Below are positions 17,775 to 27,106 of a stretch of 64,000 bases of DNA, one piece after another. The stretch is from Calditrichaceae bacterium (GTDB taxonomy: Bacteria; Calditrichota; Calditrichia; Calditrichales; JBFXGD01). A program made the position numbers and the translations under genes. The number at the start of each line of letters is the position of its first letter. Within the stretch, counting starts at the first letter, position 1. The stretch lies in assembly GCA_050173015.1 (NCBI GenBank), contig JBFXLE010000024.1:1-64000 (forward strand), given 5' to 3'. The notes under the pieces were generated by a model. It was not told the origin of the DNA. It was given only the letters and a program-made list of their open reading frames with translations, and ran no database searches.

Positions 17775-19805
17775 ATGAACAAAAAATTACTCTTAATTCT
17801 GGCCATGTTTCTTATCTGCGCTTCACAAATCTTTGCGCAAACAATGAAACTTGGAACCTATGGCGTGTCTCCCCGAGATGTCGTTGCCGATACGGAGGAT
17901 ATTTTTGACAGGGCTTTTAACGGCTTAAACAATGTCGGTATTCAGACACAGATGTATCTTAAGGGAACGCTTAGCGGAGCAAGTCTCACCAATCCAACCT
18001 GGACCGTCACTGCCAAGCCTTCCGGATCATTAGCTGATTTTGGCGCTCTGGCAGTAATTGACACCTCGTCAGAGGTTGTTGTCTTCACTCCTGATTTGGC
18101 GGGTACCTACAAAGTTACCTTTTCAGACGGTGAACTTTCCGCCGAACTGACCATCAACGCGGCAAAATACGTCGGTGTTTATGAAAATTGTACCAATTGT
18201 CATGGGCCTAACACTTTTTTGGATGATATGGTTACTCCCTGGGAGCAAACCGGTCATTATTGGTTATTTGAAGAGGCAATGATGGGAACCGCCAGTGATC
18301 ATTACGGCCCGAATTGCGTCAGCTGTCATACCACCGGGTATGATCTTATGGCCACAAACGATGGCTTTGATGACCGCACTCAGCTAATCGATGGTATTGA
18401 TTCAGTGTGGGCATTCCCCGATTCACTGGCTCCCGGAACATGGGATGCGCTGGTTGCTCTTTATCCTAATTCAATGCACCTTGCCAGAATTCAGTGTGAA
18501 AGTTGTCATGGTCCCGGTGACCGCCACAATGGTAATACAAACGACGCCAGAATGATTGTTGATCTAAAATCGGACAACTGCGCCTGGTGTCATGATTCCG
18601 GAACGCACCATGTCTATCCCGAGCAATGGGATGTCTCAATGCATGGAAACGCCACATCCTATCCGACCGGCGCCGGTCGTTCATCCTGTGTCCCGTGTCA
18701 TACAGGCATCGGATTTGTCCAAAGCTTAAAAGGAGTCACTCCGCTAAACACGGACTACATGCCAATTACCTGCGCGGCTTGTCATGATCCGCACAACCTG
18801 ACCAACGAACATCAGGTAAGGACCGTCGAAGCAACTTTATCCAATGGTGAAGTGGTAACTCAGGGCGGACTTGGCAAGCTTTGTATGAACTGCCATAAAA
18901 GCCGCCGCGATGCCGTAGCCTACACCAATGCCTATCTGACTAACCTGAGCAGTCATTACGGACCGCATGGTAGTTTGCAAGGCGATATGCTGATCGGTAC
19001 AAACGCGGTCACATTTGGAAAAGATTTACCTTCGTCTCCGCATATGGCAGCCACCGAGAACGCCTGCGTTGATTGTCATATGTATCCCGGACACGCTGAC
19101 GAAAGCGGTGAGGTCATATTAAGCGGATCGCACTCCTTTGCCATGAGCACTCCCGATGAAGTTGATAACGTCGCCGCTTGCGCGGATTGTCACGGCAATG
19201 TGGGCACTTCATTCGATGAGAAAAAATACTACATCAATGGAAATGCCGATCATGACGGTGACGGGACCGCCGAAGGATTACAACACGAAGTTGAAGGACT
19301 ATTGGAAGAACTCGCGCTGCTGCTCCCGCCAAAAGGCGAACCGACAGTGGCGATCGACGATTCTTCAGTCACTCTGGTTGAAGCACAGGCCGGTTACAAT
19401 TATTTCTTTGTTGAGGAAGACGGAAGTTTTGGTATCCATAACCCGGCATACACCATTGCACTTTTGAAAGAATCTATCGCCGCGGTAAACGCGACGGGTA
19501 TTTCGGACGATTATAATATTATTCCGGTGAACTATGCTTTAGCTCAGAACTATCCAAATCCATTCAACCCGGAAACGAACATTCATTTTTCACTGGTAAA
19601 ATCCGGTCATGTGTCTCTCGTGGTTTACAACACACTCGGGCAGAAAGTAGCCACTCTTATTGACGACAATATGAATGCCGGCGCGCATGACACAAAATTT
19701 ATCGCGTCTAATCTTTCGTCCGGTGTTTATTTCTACCGTCTGACAGTAACCGCAAATGATGGAAAACAATTTGAGTCTATGAAAAAAATGATATTGATGA
19801 AGTAA
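17775..19805 (+). CDS. Secreted nine-heme c-type cytochrome with T9SS (Por) type C-terminal sorting domain
   Basis: RBS GGAGG; signal peptide; 9 CxxCH (CTNCH, CVSCH, CESCH, CAWCH, CVPCH, CAACH, CMNCH, CVDCH, CADCH); C-terminal 'YALAQNYPNPFNPET..VYNTLGQKVATL..LSSGVYFYRL..KKMILMK'. Confidence 0.92.
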   Translation: MNKKLLLILAMFLICASQIFAQTMKLGTYGVSPRDVVADTEDIFDRAFNGLNNVGIQTQMYLKGTLSGASLTNPTWTVTAKPSGSLADFGALAVIDTSSEVVVFTPDLAGTYKVTFSDGELSAELTINAAKYVGVYENCTNCHGPNTFLDDMVTPWEQTGHYWLFEEAMMGTASDHYGPNCVSCHTTGYDLMATNDGFDDRTQLIDGIDSVWAFPDSLAPGTWDALVALYPNSMHLARIQCESCHGPGDRHNGNTNDARMIVDLKSDNCAWCHDSGTHHVYPEQWDVSMHGNATSYPTGAGRSSCVPCHTGIGFVQSLKGVTPLNTDYMPITCAACHDPHNLTNEHQVRTVEATLSNGEVVTQGGLGKLCMNCHKSRRDAVAYTNAYLTNLSSHYGPHGSLQGDMLIGTNAVTFGKDLPSSPHMAATENACVDCHMYPGHADESGEVILSGSHSFAMSTPDEVDNVAACADCHGNVGTSFDEKKYYINGNADHDGDGTAEGLQHEVEGLLEELALLLPPKGEPTVAIDDSSVTLVEAQAGYNYFFVEEDGSFGIHNPAYTIALLKESIAAVNATGISDDYNIIPVNYALAQNYPNPFNPETNIHFSLVKSGHVSLVVYNTLGQKVATLIDDNMNAGAHDTKFIASNLSSGVYFYRLTVTANDGKQFESMKKMILMK

Positions 19806-19823
19806 GAAAGTGCTCTTCTGATT

Positions 19824-19857
19824 AAGCCTTTCCGCCTCCGGGCGGAAAGGCTTTTTT
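19824..19857 (+). terminator. Intrinsic terminator
   Basis: AAGCCTTTCCGCC-tccg-GGCGGAAAGGCTT followed by a T-tract. Confidence 0.92.
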
Positions 19858-20025
19858 AATTATACACTGTTTCGGATATATATTCAAATAATAAGCCGCT
19901 TCTTAATAACGTTTCTTAAATGAGTATTTTCTTTGAGATACACCTTCAAAAATAATCATATTATGGAGACCGTTTTTTAATATACACCCGAATCTTAGCT
20001 AATTTAGTAAATCCAGTCAAAAACT

Positions 20026-20041
20026 GTGACATTCATGTCTC
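20026..20041. promoter_or_regulatory. Putative enhancer (UAS) site 2a
   Basis: GTGACA-TTCA-TGTCTC. Confidence 0.6.
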
Positions 20042-20113
20042 ACTATTAATCTCGCGTCAAAACAACATATATATTATAAAAACAATTACTTAGAATTATT
20101 TGCTCACTCTATA

Positions 20114-20129
20114 GAGACAGTCTTGTCCC
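20114..20129. promoter_or_regulatory. Putative enhancer (UAS) site 2b
   Basis: GAGACA-GTCT-TGTCCC. Confidence 0.65.
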
Positions 20130-20196
20130 GCTATTTAAATAATACGAATAATTATTGATTCCCATATATTATTGTTTATTAATAAGATAACCCAAA

Positions 20197-20222
20197 TTGT
20201 GATTCTTGGCACAATCCTTGCA
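20197..20222 (+). promoter_or_regulatory. Consensus sigma54 promoter overlapped by a Rex/CRP-like palindrome
   Basis: TTGGCACAATCCTTGCA (GG 20208-09, GC 20220-21); TTGTGAT-TCTT-GGCACAA at 20197-20214. Confidence 0.85.
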
Positions 20223-20252
20223 ACCACCATTACTTTAACAGTAAGGAATTAA

Positions 20253-20609
20253 ATGAAGCATGTAATTATACTCACAGACGAGGAGATATTTGAGGAAAAA
20301 CCGGATTCAGATTTTGATTTTGAGATTCAGACATATAAAGCCTGTTGTACATTTCTCGAAAGTTTTCTCTCAAATCATTACGAACTGGTTATTCTCGATA
20401 TCGATTTGCTGGAACAACGGGTCATGCATATTCTAAAGATTATTAAATTATTAAAAAACTCTGTGCCGGTGATCCTGGTTCTCTCTGACAGTCATATTGC
20501 GACGTGCAAAAAGGCTCTGCCTTACGGAATACTGGCATACTTAATGAAACCTGTGTCACAGAATGAGTTTCATGAGCAATTACAACGATACCTGAGCGAA
20601 AAAATCTGA
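20253..20609 (+). CDS. Atypical single-domain receiver (REC) protein, cassette 2
   Basis: RBS AAGGA; LVILDIDLL, VPVILVLS, YLMKPVS; paralog of 17306-17695. Confidence 0.8.
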   Translation: MKHVIILTDEEIFEEKPDSDFDFEIQTYKACCTFLESFLSNHYELVILDIDLLEQRVMHILKIIKLLKNSVPVILVLSDSHIATCKKALPYGILAYLMKPVSQNEFHEQLQRYLSEKI

Positions 20610-20681
20610 TATTTAATAGGATGTTCAACATTAACAAAAAATCATTATGTCTAACTGTTCATATTATTTAGGAGGGGTCCT

Positions 20682-22418
20682 ATGTTAAGGAGATTAATTT
20701 CTGTCACAATGCCTTTGGTATTTCTTGGTTCATTATTCTTCGGAGGCTGTACAGATGAGACGGAAAAGATTGTCGAAGTCACCGTAAGGGATACTGTCAC
20801 CGTTCATGACAGCATATTTGTGAATGTGATTCCGGTTGTCGTAAATGATATCGTTACAAATCCAGATTCCATCGCTGTCGGCGGCACAATCACATTGACG
20901 GCTGAAACTGATGTTGTCGCTGAAGTCGGAACATTAAAATACTTCTGGGTATCAAGTGATGGAAAATTTGACAAAACCGAAGGTGATACGGTTACATGGA
21001 AAGCTCCGGATGAGGCCGGAACCTATGAGATTGCCGTTCATATCACGGATGGTACCTACATCGGAGTAGGCTCGAGAAATATCGGTGTGGGAATGTATGC
21101 CGCCATCACAGACACATTCTATGTCGGCGGCGCCAAATGCGCCACATGTCATAGCGGTAAAGCGGCTGAATGGCAGGAAACCGGTCATGCGCACGCCTGG
21201 GCAACGCTTCAGAGCAGTGATCATGCCGCTTCATATTGCAATAAATGCCATACGGTAGATTTCAACGAGGTCCCGGGTAACGCCGGATATGATGACGCGC
21301 CGATCGCCATGTTCGAAAATGTCCAGTGTGAAAATTGTCATGGCCCGGGTTCAAAGCATCCGGACTTCACCGCTGAAGACAGAGCTATTACCGTTGATAT
21401 CAGCGCGGAAAACTGCACCACATGCCATTCCGGCGAACATCATCCTTTTAATTCAGACTGGGTAGATTCCAAACATAATTTTGATCCCGCGACCGCGGCA
21501 CACGGCGCGCCGGCGAACAGCTTTTGCCAGCCCTGCCACAGCGGTTCCGGCTTTATTGCTGCTTTCGGTGGCGGTGTTGATCATGATCCCGCGGATCCCG
21601 GTAATGTTTCCTGTTCGACATGTCATAATCCGCACAGTGAAGAAAATCCATTCCAGCTGCGCACACTCGCTGATGTCACTTCCGTGGTCGCCAACAGCGA
21701 ATCCCAGACCATCGCGATCGCCGGAAATGGTCAGCTCTGCGTACAGTGCCATCACGCGCGTCGTTCCGCTGATACTCAAATTGAGACCGGTTATGCTCAT
21801 TTTGGGCCTCACGGTTCACCTCAGGGTGATATGCTGGCGGGAATAAGCGCCTATGAAGGATTTGATTTTGAATTCAGCGGCAAATTTACAAACCATTATG
21901 TGATCGAAAACGGCTGTACGACCTGTCATATGAACGCCACCCCTTATCCGAATGCCAATACGGGGCATACTTTTGAAGCGACGACAAGCTCCTGCGGAAA
22001 ATGCCACGGAACGGTCAGTGATTTTGAGGATATTATGGCAAACAATGACTTTGATGGTGACGGCACAACCGAAGGTTTACAGCTGGAAATTGACGGATTG
22101 ATGGCAAACCTTACATCAGAACTGGTAGCAGCGGGTCTTGATACCGTTGGCATGGATATTCTTACCGCGCTTTCGGAAACAATGAACGACACAACTTTAG
22201 CAGGCGAGCCGACAGCAACGGCACAGATCATCAGAACCGGTGGTTACAATCTGGCTTTTGTACTTGATGATGGAAGCCGCGGTATTCATAATCCTGAGTA
22301 CGCTGTTCAGATTCTGCAGCAGTCAATTCTCTACATGCAGTCTCACAATATGTCAAAGTCGAAAATGACAAATCTGACATTATTAAGTTCACGTGATAAA
22401 GCGGTAAGGAATTTTTAA
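20682..22418 (+). CDS. Nine-heme c-type cytochrome lipoprotein with N-terminal Ig/PKD-like domain
   Basis: RBS AGGAGG; lipobox FFGG-C; 9 CxxCH (CATCH, CNKCH, CENCH, CTTCH, CQPCH, CSTCH, CVQCH, CTTCH, CGKCH); DGSRGIHNP. Confidence 0.92.
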   Translation: MLRRLISVTMPLVFLGSLFFGGCTDETEKIVEVTVRDTVTVHDSIFVNVIPVVVNDIVTNPDSIAVGGTITLTAETDVVAEVGTLKYFWVSSDGKFDKTEGDTVTWKAPDEAGTYEIAVHITDGTYIGVGSRNIGVGMYAAITDTFYVGGAKCATCHSGKAAEWQETGHAHAWATLQSSDHAASYCNKCHTVDFNEVPGNAGYDDAPIAMFENVQCENCHGPGSKHPDFTAEDRAITVDISAENCTTCHSGEHHPFNSDWVDSKHNFDPATAAHGAPANSFCQPCHSGSGFIAAFGGGVDHDPADPGNVSCSTCHNPHSEENPFQLRTLADVTSVVANSESQTIAIAGNGQLCVQCHHARRSADTQIETGYAHFGPHGSPQGDMLAGISAYEGFDFEFSGKFTNHYVIENGCTTCHMNATPYPNANTGHTFEATTSSCGKCHGTVSDFEDIMANNDFDGDGTTEGLQLEIDGLMANLTSELVAAGLDTVGMDILTALSETMNDTTLAGEPTATAQIIRTGGYNLAFVLDDGSRGIHNPEYAVQILQQSILYMQSHNMSKSKMTNLTLLSSRDKAVRNF

Positions 22419-22454
22419 CTGATTTTTAAAAAAAACCGATAAAACTCTGGAAAC

Positions 22455-22481
22455 AAAAAAACCCCGGTCATGCCGGGGTTT
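22455..22481. terminator. Bidirectional intrinsic terminator
   Basis: AAAAAAACCCCGG-tcatg-CCGGGGTTT between convergent genes. Confidence 0.85.
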
Positions 22482-22499
22482 ATTATTTATTCACTACCG

Positions 22500-23957
22500 C
22501 TATTTTTGCGTCCACTCCGTACCGGACGGCGTATCCTTTATTTCAATATTTATATCCGCCAGGCGGTCCCTGATCTCATCAGATAAGGCGAAATTCTTTT
22601 CCTTGCGTAGTTTAAGTCTGAGGTCAAGAATAATTTTCATTATCCCGGAGATATCTCCACTTCCCGAATGCTCAGCCGGAACATCCCGGTCGGGAAAAAG
22701 TCCAAGAACATCGCCGGCGGTTTTGTCGATAATGGTGATTAGTTTTTTGACATCAGACGTATTCAGGACGTCCCGCGTCTGATCAAGCCGGCTGTTGACT
22801 TCCCGGAAGAAATCAAATAAAGCGGCAATCGCCCGCGGCGTATTAAAATCATCATTCATTGCTTCTTCGAATGCCTTCCGATACGCGTCTATGCTCTTTT
22901 GCAGTTCAACATTATCCGTTTTACCCGTAGTTTTAATCTTCGATATTCTTGCAAAGTTGCTATATACTTTTTCCAGACCTTTATGCGCGCCATCCAAAGC
23001 CTGATCGCTAAAATCGAGCGGTGAACGGTAGTGACTGGTCAGGATAAAAAACCGAATGGCAAGTGGAGGATATTTTTTCACCGCGTCTTTGACCGTAATA
23101 AAATTACCCAGAGATTTACCCATTTTAACACCGTCAACGGTCACCATATTATTGTGCATCCAATAGCGCGCGAAGGACTTTCCGTGAGCCGCTTCACTTT
23201 GGGCGATTTCACATTCATGGTGTGGAAATATATTTTCGAGACCGCCGCCGTGAATATCAAACGACTCGCCCAAATATTTTGTGGACATCGATGAACATTC
23301 AAGATGCCACCCGGGATAGCCCTTTCCCCAGGGACTGTTCCATTGCATTATATGACCGCTTTCCGCTTTTTTCCATAACGCGAAATCGGCAGGATGTTTT
23401 TTTTCATCATTGAGATCAATCCTGACACCGGCCATAAGCTCATCCACTTTTCTGCCGGATAATTTACCGTAATCGCTGAACTTGCTCACGTCAAAATAGA
23501 TATTACCTCCCGATTCGTAAGCGAATTTCTTATCCAGAAGTTCCTTTATCAGGTCAATTTGCTCGGGAATGTGACCGGTGGCCCTTGGTGAGATATCCGG
23601 CCGCAAAACATTGAGTATATCCATATCTTCAAAATAACTTCTGGTATATAATTCGGCGATTTCCATGGGTTCAAGTTTCTCAAGTCTCGCCTGCTTGATG
23701 ATTTTATCTTCACCCTCATCAGCGTCGCTCACCAAATGTCCGACATCAGTGATATTCTGCACATACCGGACCCTGAAATTCAGATACCGCAGATATCTCA
23801 CAACAACATCAAAACTGATATAACTTTTAGCATGTCCAAGATGGGCATGACCGTAAACAGTCGGTCCGCAAACGTAAATACCGACAAAACCAGGATGCAG
23901 CGGTTTGAATAATTCTTTTTTCCTGCTCAGCGTATTATATATTTCTAATTTATCCAT
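22500..23957 (-). CDS. cysS: Cysteine--tRNA ligase
   Basis: YVCGPTVY, HLGH, PGWHLECS, FPHHECE, KMGKS. Confidence 0.97.
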   Translation of the reverse strand: MDKLEIYNTLSRKKELFKPLHPGFVGIYVCGPTVYGHAHLGHAKSYISFDVVVRYLRYLNFRVRYVQNITDVGHLVSDADEGEDKIIKQARLEKLEPMEIAELYTRSYFEDMDILNVLRPDISPRATGHIPEQIDLIKELLDKKFAYESGGNIYFDVSKFSDYGKLSGRKVDELMAGVRIDLNDEKKHPADFALWKKAESGHIMQWNSPWGKGYPGWHLECSSMSTKYLGESFDIHGGGLENIFPHHECEIAQSEAAHGKSFARYWMHNNMVTVDGVKMGKSLGNFITVKDAVKKYPPLAIRFFILTSHYRSPLDFSDQALDGAHKGLEKVYSNFARISKIKTTGKTDNVELQKSIDAYRKAFEEAMNDDFNTPRAIAALFDFFREVNSRLDQTRDVLNTSDVKKLITIIDKTAGDVLGLFPDRDVPAEHSGSGDISGIMKIILDLRLKLRKEKNFALSDEIRDRLADINIEIKDTPSGTEWTQK

Positions 23958-23994
23958 TTGTAACCATCTTTAAATATTGTACCGGTTTTAATGA

Positions 23995-24999
23995 TTAATC
24001 TGAAATCGCGTCTTCAATGATCATTTCCACCAATGAATTAAAGTTAATTCCGACTGATTTTGACGCTTTTGGCAACAGGCTTGTACCCGTCATTCCCGGT
24101 AGCGTATTAACTTCCAGTATATAAGGCTCGCCGTTTGGAGTGAGACGGAAATCGACTCTGGAATATCCCTTACACCCTAAGAGCAGGTGAGCCTTGAAAG
24201 CAATATTTTGCAAATTTCTTGTTACTTCATCACTCAAGTCCGCCGGAACTATATATTCACTCATACCATCCGAATACTTGCACTCATAATCATAAATCCC
24301 GTGCTTAGGAGCTATTTCAATCACCGGCAAAATTCTTGATTTAACCACACCGACCGTAATTTCCCTTCCCGGAATATACTCTTCAATGATCACTTTTGAA
24401 CTATACTTGAACGCCTGATCGATCGCCGTTTCAAGTTCTTCATAGTTATTAACTATCCCTAAGCCTATGGTAGAGCCCTGATCATTTGGTTTTACGACCT
24501 GCGGGTATTCAAGTTTCTTAATTCTTTTTCTGGAAGCTTCTGGACGTTCGAGTGTGTGAGATCTGGGAGTGGGTAATTTTGCTGTTCTTAGAAGCGTTTT
24601 TGTGAGATCTTTATCCATGGCAATCATACTTGCCAGCCGCCCAGAACCGGTATATTTCAGCTCAGCGGAATCGAGCATGCTTTGAATGATGCCATTTTCC
24701 CCCTTACCACCGTGCAGCGCGTTAAACACCACATCCGGCTTTAGACGTCTGATCAGCATCATATTTCTGAATAAAAGATCACCCTTGTTAAATGATAAAG
24801 TCAACTCATCAGGATGATCAAGAGTGATAAAGTGATGATGCTCTTTGTTAAGTTTTTCCTGGCTCTCTTTGTCTCCCGCAGGATCAACTTTAATTACTGT
24901 GTGGCCATTTTCGCTTAACGCCCGGGAAATATGGTCTCCGGAGACAAGAGAAACGTCGCGCTCGGTGGAATCACCGCCCATCAAAACAACAATTTTCAT
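23995..24999 (-). CDS. ddl: D-alanine--D-alanine ligase
   Basis: LMGGDSTERDVSL, ALHGGKGENG, YDYECKY, LEVNTLPGMT. Confidence 0.95.
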   Translation of the reverse strand: MKIVVLMGGDSTERDVSLVSGDHISRALSENGHTVIKVDPAGDKESQEKLNKEHHHFITLDHPDELTLSFNKGDLLFRNMMLIRRLKPDVVFNALHGGKGENGIIQSMLDSAELKYTGSGRLASMIAMDKDLTKTLLRTAKLPTPRSHTLERPEASRKRIKKLEYPQVVKPNDQGSTIGLGIVNNYEELETAIDQAFKYSSKVIIEEYIPGREITVGVVKSRILPVIEIAPKHGIYDYECKYSDGMSEYIVPADLSDEVTRNLQNIAFKAHLLLGCKGYSRVDFRLTPNGEPYILEVNTLPGMTGTSLLPKASKSVGINFNSLVEMIIEDAISD

Positions 25000-25007
25000 A
25001 ACACTTC

Positions 25008-26450
25008 CTAATTTTTAATCGCTTGTTGCAGTAATCGTTTAACTTTATCTATTCCAAAAACACTGATAACCGCGGGCAGTTCGGGTCCTTCAGTCAGACC
25101 CGTGATTGCCGATCGTACAGGCATCCACAAATTCTTCCCTTTTATACCCGTCAATTTTTGAACATCTTTCATGAGAATCCTGAAATTGTCCAGATTGAGC
25201 TCCTTATAAGAATCCAGGAGTTTTAACATTTCACTAAATATAGTTCGGCTCTCCGGCAACGCAATCCACTCTTCGGCAGATTCTGAGTATGCCTCAATGC
25301 TATCCGTAAAGAAAAGTTTAGATTTATCTTTAAGTTCAGAAAATTTATTCAAACTGTCTCTTACCGCAAGCAGAACATCACGGTTTTTATCTGTATCACC
25401 TGTGTCCAGAAGTTCTTTTTTTAACCATTTAAATCCTTCCTGAAGATATTCATCTTCCGGGATTGAACGAATGTACATACCGTTAAGCCAATCGAGTTTT
25501 CCCATATCAAAAACAGCGCCCGCCTTGTTCACGCGTTCGAGAGAAAAATGTTCAGTCAATTCGTTGAGTGAAAAGATTTCCTGTTCATTTCCTTCTCCTT
25601 TGTGCCAGCCGAGTAAAGCCACAAAATTGATCAGCGCTTCATGCAGTATACCTTTGTCGCGATAGTCTTCGACGGCCACATCCCCCTGACGCTTGCTTAA
25701 TTTTGACCGGTCGGTATTCAGAAGTAGCGGCAGATGGGCAAACTGAGGTAATTCCCACCCAAAAGCCCGGTAGAGAATAATATGTTTGGGCGTGCTTGGC
25801 AGCCATTCTTCTCCCCTGATGACATGCGTTATCTTCATCAGATGATCATCCACAACATTGGCCAGGTGATAGGTCGGATATCCGTCACTTTTAATCAGAA
25901 CCTGATCGTCCAGGAGATTGCTTTGAAATGTCACTTCTCCCCGTACAATATCATTAACAACCGTCTCGCCTTCTTCGGGCACTTTCAAACGGATCACATG
26001 GGATTCAGACTGCATACGTTTTAGCGCTTCATCTTTATCAATACTACGGCAGGTACCGTCATATTTTGGAGGAAGATTTTCAGCTATCTGCTTCTCACGC
26101 ATTTTTTCAAGATGTTCTGATGTGCAGAAACACGGGTATGCATTGCCATTTCGCAATAAATTATTTACATGTTCTTTATAGATTTCCTGTCTCTGAGACT
26201 GATAATATGGCCCGTAATCCCCGCCTTTTTCGGGTCCTTCGTCGTATTCAAGCCCGGACCATTTTAACGTTTCGAGCAAATTCTCGACGGCTCCTTCAAC
26301 ATATCGATTCTGATCCGTATCTTCTATTCTTAGAATGAATTTACCATTATGATTTTTCGCGAACAGATAATTATATAAAGCCGTGCGTAAACTACCAACA
26401 TGCACAAAGCCGGTGGGACTTGGCGCAAACCTGACTCTTACTTCTGACAT
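25008..26450 (-). CDS. gltX: Glutamate--tRNA ligase
   Basis: RFAPSPTG, HVGS, RIEDTD, KLSKR. Confidence 0.97.
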   Translation of the reverse strand: MSEVRVRFAPSPTGFVHVGSLRTALYNYLFAKNHNGKFILRIEDTDQNRYVEGAVENLLETLKWSGLEYDEGPEKGGDYGPYYQSQRQEIYKEHVNNLLRNGNAYPCFCTSEHLEKMREKQIAENLPPKYDGTCRSIDKDEALKRMQSESHVIRLKVPEEGETVVNDIVRGEVTFQSNLLDDQVLIKSDGYPTYHLANVVDDHLMKITHVIRGEEWLPSTPKHIILYRAFGWELPQFAHLPLLLNTDRSKLSKRQGDVAVEDYRDKGILHEALINFVALLGWHKGEGNEQEIFSLNELTEHFSLERVNKAGAVFDMGKLDWLNGMYIRSIPEDEYLQEGFKWLKKELLDTGDTDKNRDVLLAVRDSLNKFSELKDKSKLFFTDSIEAYSESAEEWIALPESRTIFSEMLKLLDSYKELNLDNFRILMKDVQKLTGIKGKNLWMPVRSAITGLTEGPELPAVISVFGIDKVKRLLQQAIKN

Positions 26451-26474
26451 AATTTTCTCGTTTTATAGTTCGTT

Positions 26475-27092
26475 TTAAGAGAGTTCTTTGTTCTTTTTTT
26501 TAATTTTTTTCCGGTAAACGATATACAAAATTATAAATACCGTCAAACCGATTACGATTTTATTATATTGTCCGAGAATTCCTGATATCATCTGCCAGTT
26601 AATTCCCAAAAGATAACCGCCGTAAATCAGTAACCCGTTCCAAATTAACGCGCTTAATGTAGCCAGAAGAACAACAGGAATCCATTTAAGATGAAAAAAT
26701 CCCGCAAACAGCGAAATAACACTTCTTGTTCCGCTTAGAAACCTGTTCCCGGCAATCACCCAATAACCATAACTGCTGAACCAAATCTGAACACGGCTCA
26801 CCTGAGCAGGTTTGAAAGCTTTCGCGGCCAGTTTTGAATCAAGAAATGATCTCCCGAATTTTTTACCCAGGAGATACATAGTAAAAAATCCGAATACGCT
26901 TCCAAATGTTGTTGAAAGATAAACACCCCAGAAATCCAGTTTTCCTGAACTGATTAAATATGCGCCAAGTACCGTAACAGTATCACCGGGTATGGGCGGA
27001 AATGTATTTTCTATAAACGCGCTAACAAAAAGAACCGAATACGCCAGCACAGGATCTATCTGTTCGAAAAAAGCCAGTAAAGAATTTAACAT
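26475..27092 (-). CDS. DedA family membrane protein
   Basis: FIENTFPPIPGDT, NRFLSGTRSVIS. Confidence 0.9.
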   Translation of the reverse strand: MLNSLLAFFEQIDPVLAYSVLFVSAFIENTFPPIPGDTVTVLGAYLISSGKLDFWGVYLSTTFGSVFGFFTMYLLGKKFGRSFLDSKLAAKAFKPAQVSRVQIWFSSYGYWVIAGNRFLSGTRSVISLFAGFFHLKWIPVVLLATLSALIWNGLLIYGGYLLGINWQMISGILGQYNKIVIGLTVFIILYIVYRKKIKKKNKELS

Positions 27093-27106
27093 ACGCTTCT
27101 CTGATC

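Noticed and set aside
17775-22418. Calling the cytochromes canonical NrfA nitrite reductase or HAO
   Set aside because: No CxxCK active-site motif, nine hemes, and no nrfH/nrfBCD nearby; only fold-level resemblance is suggested
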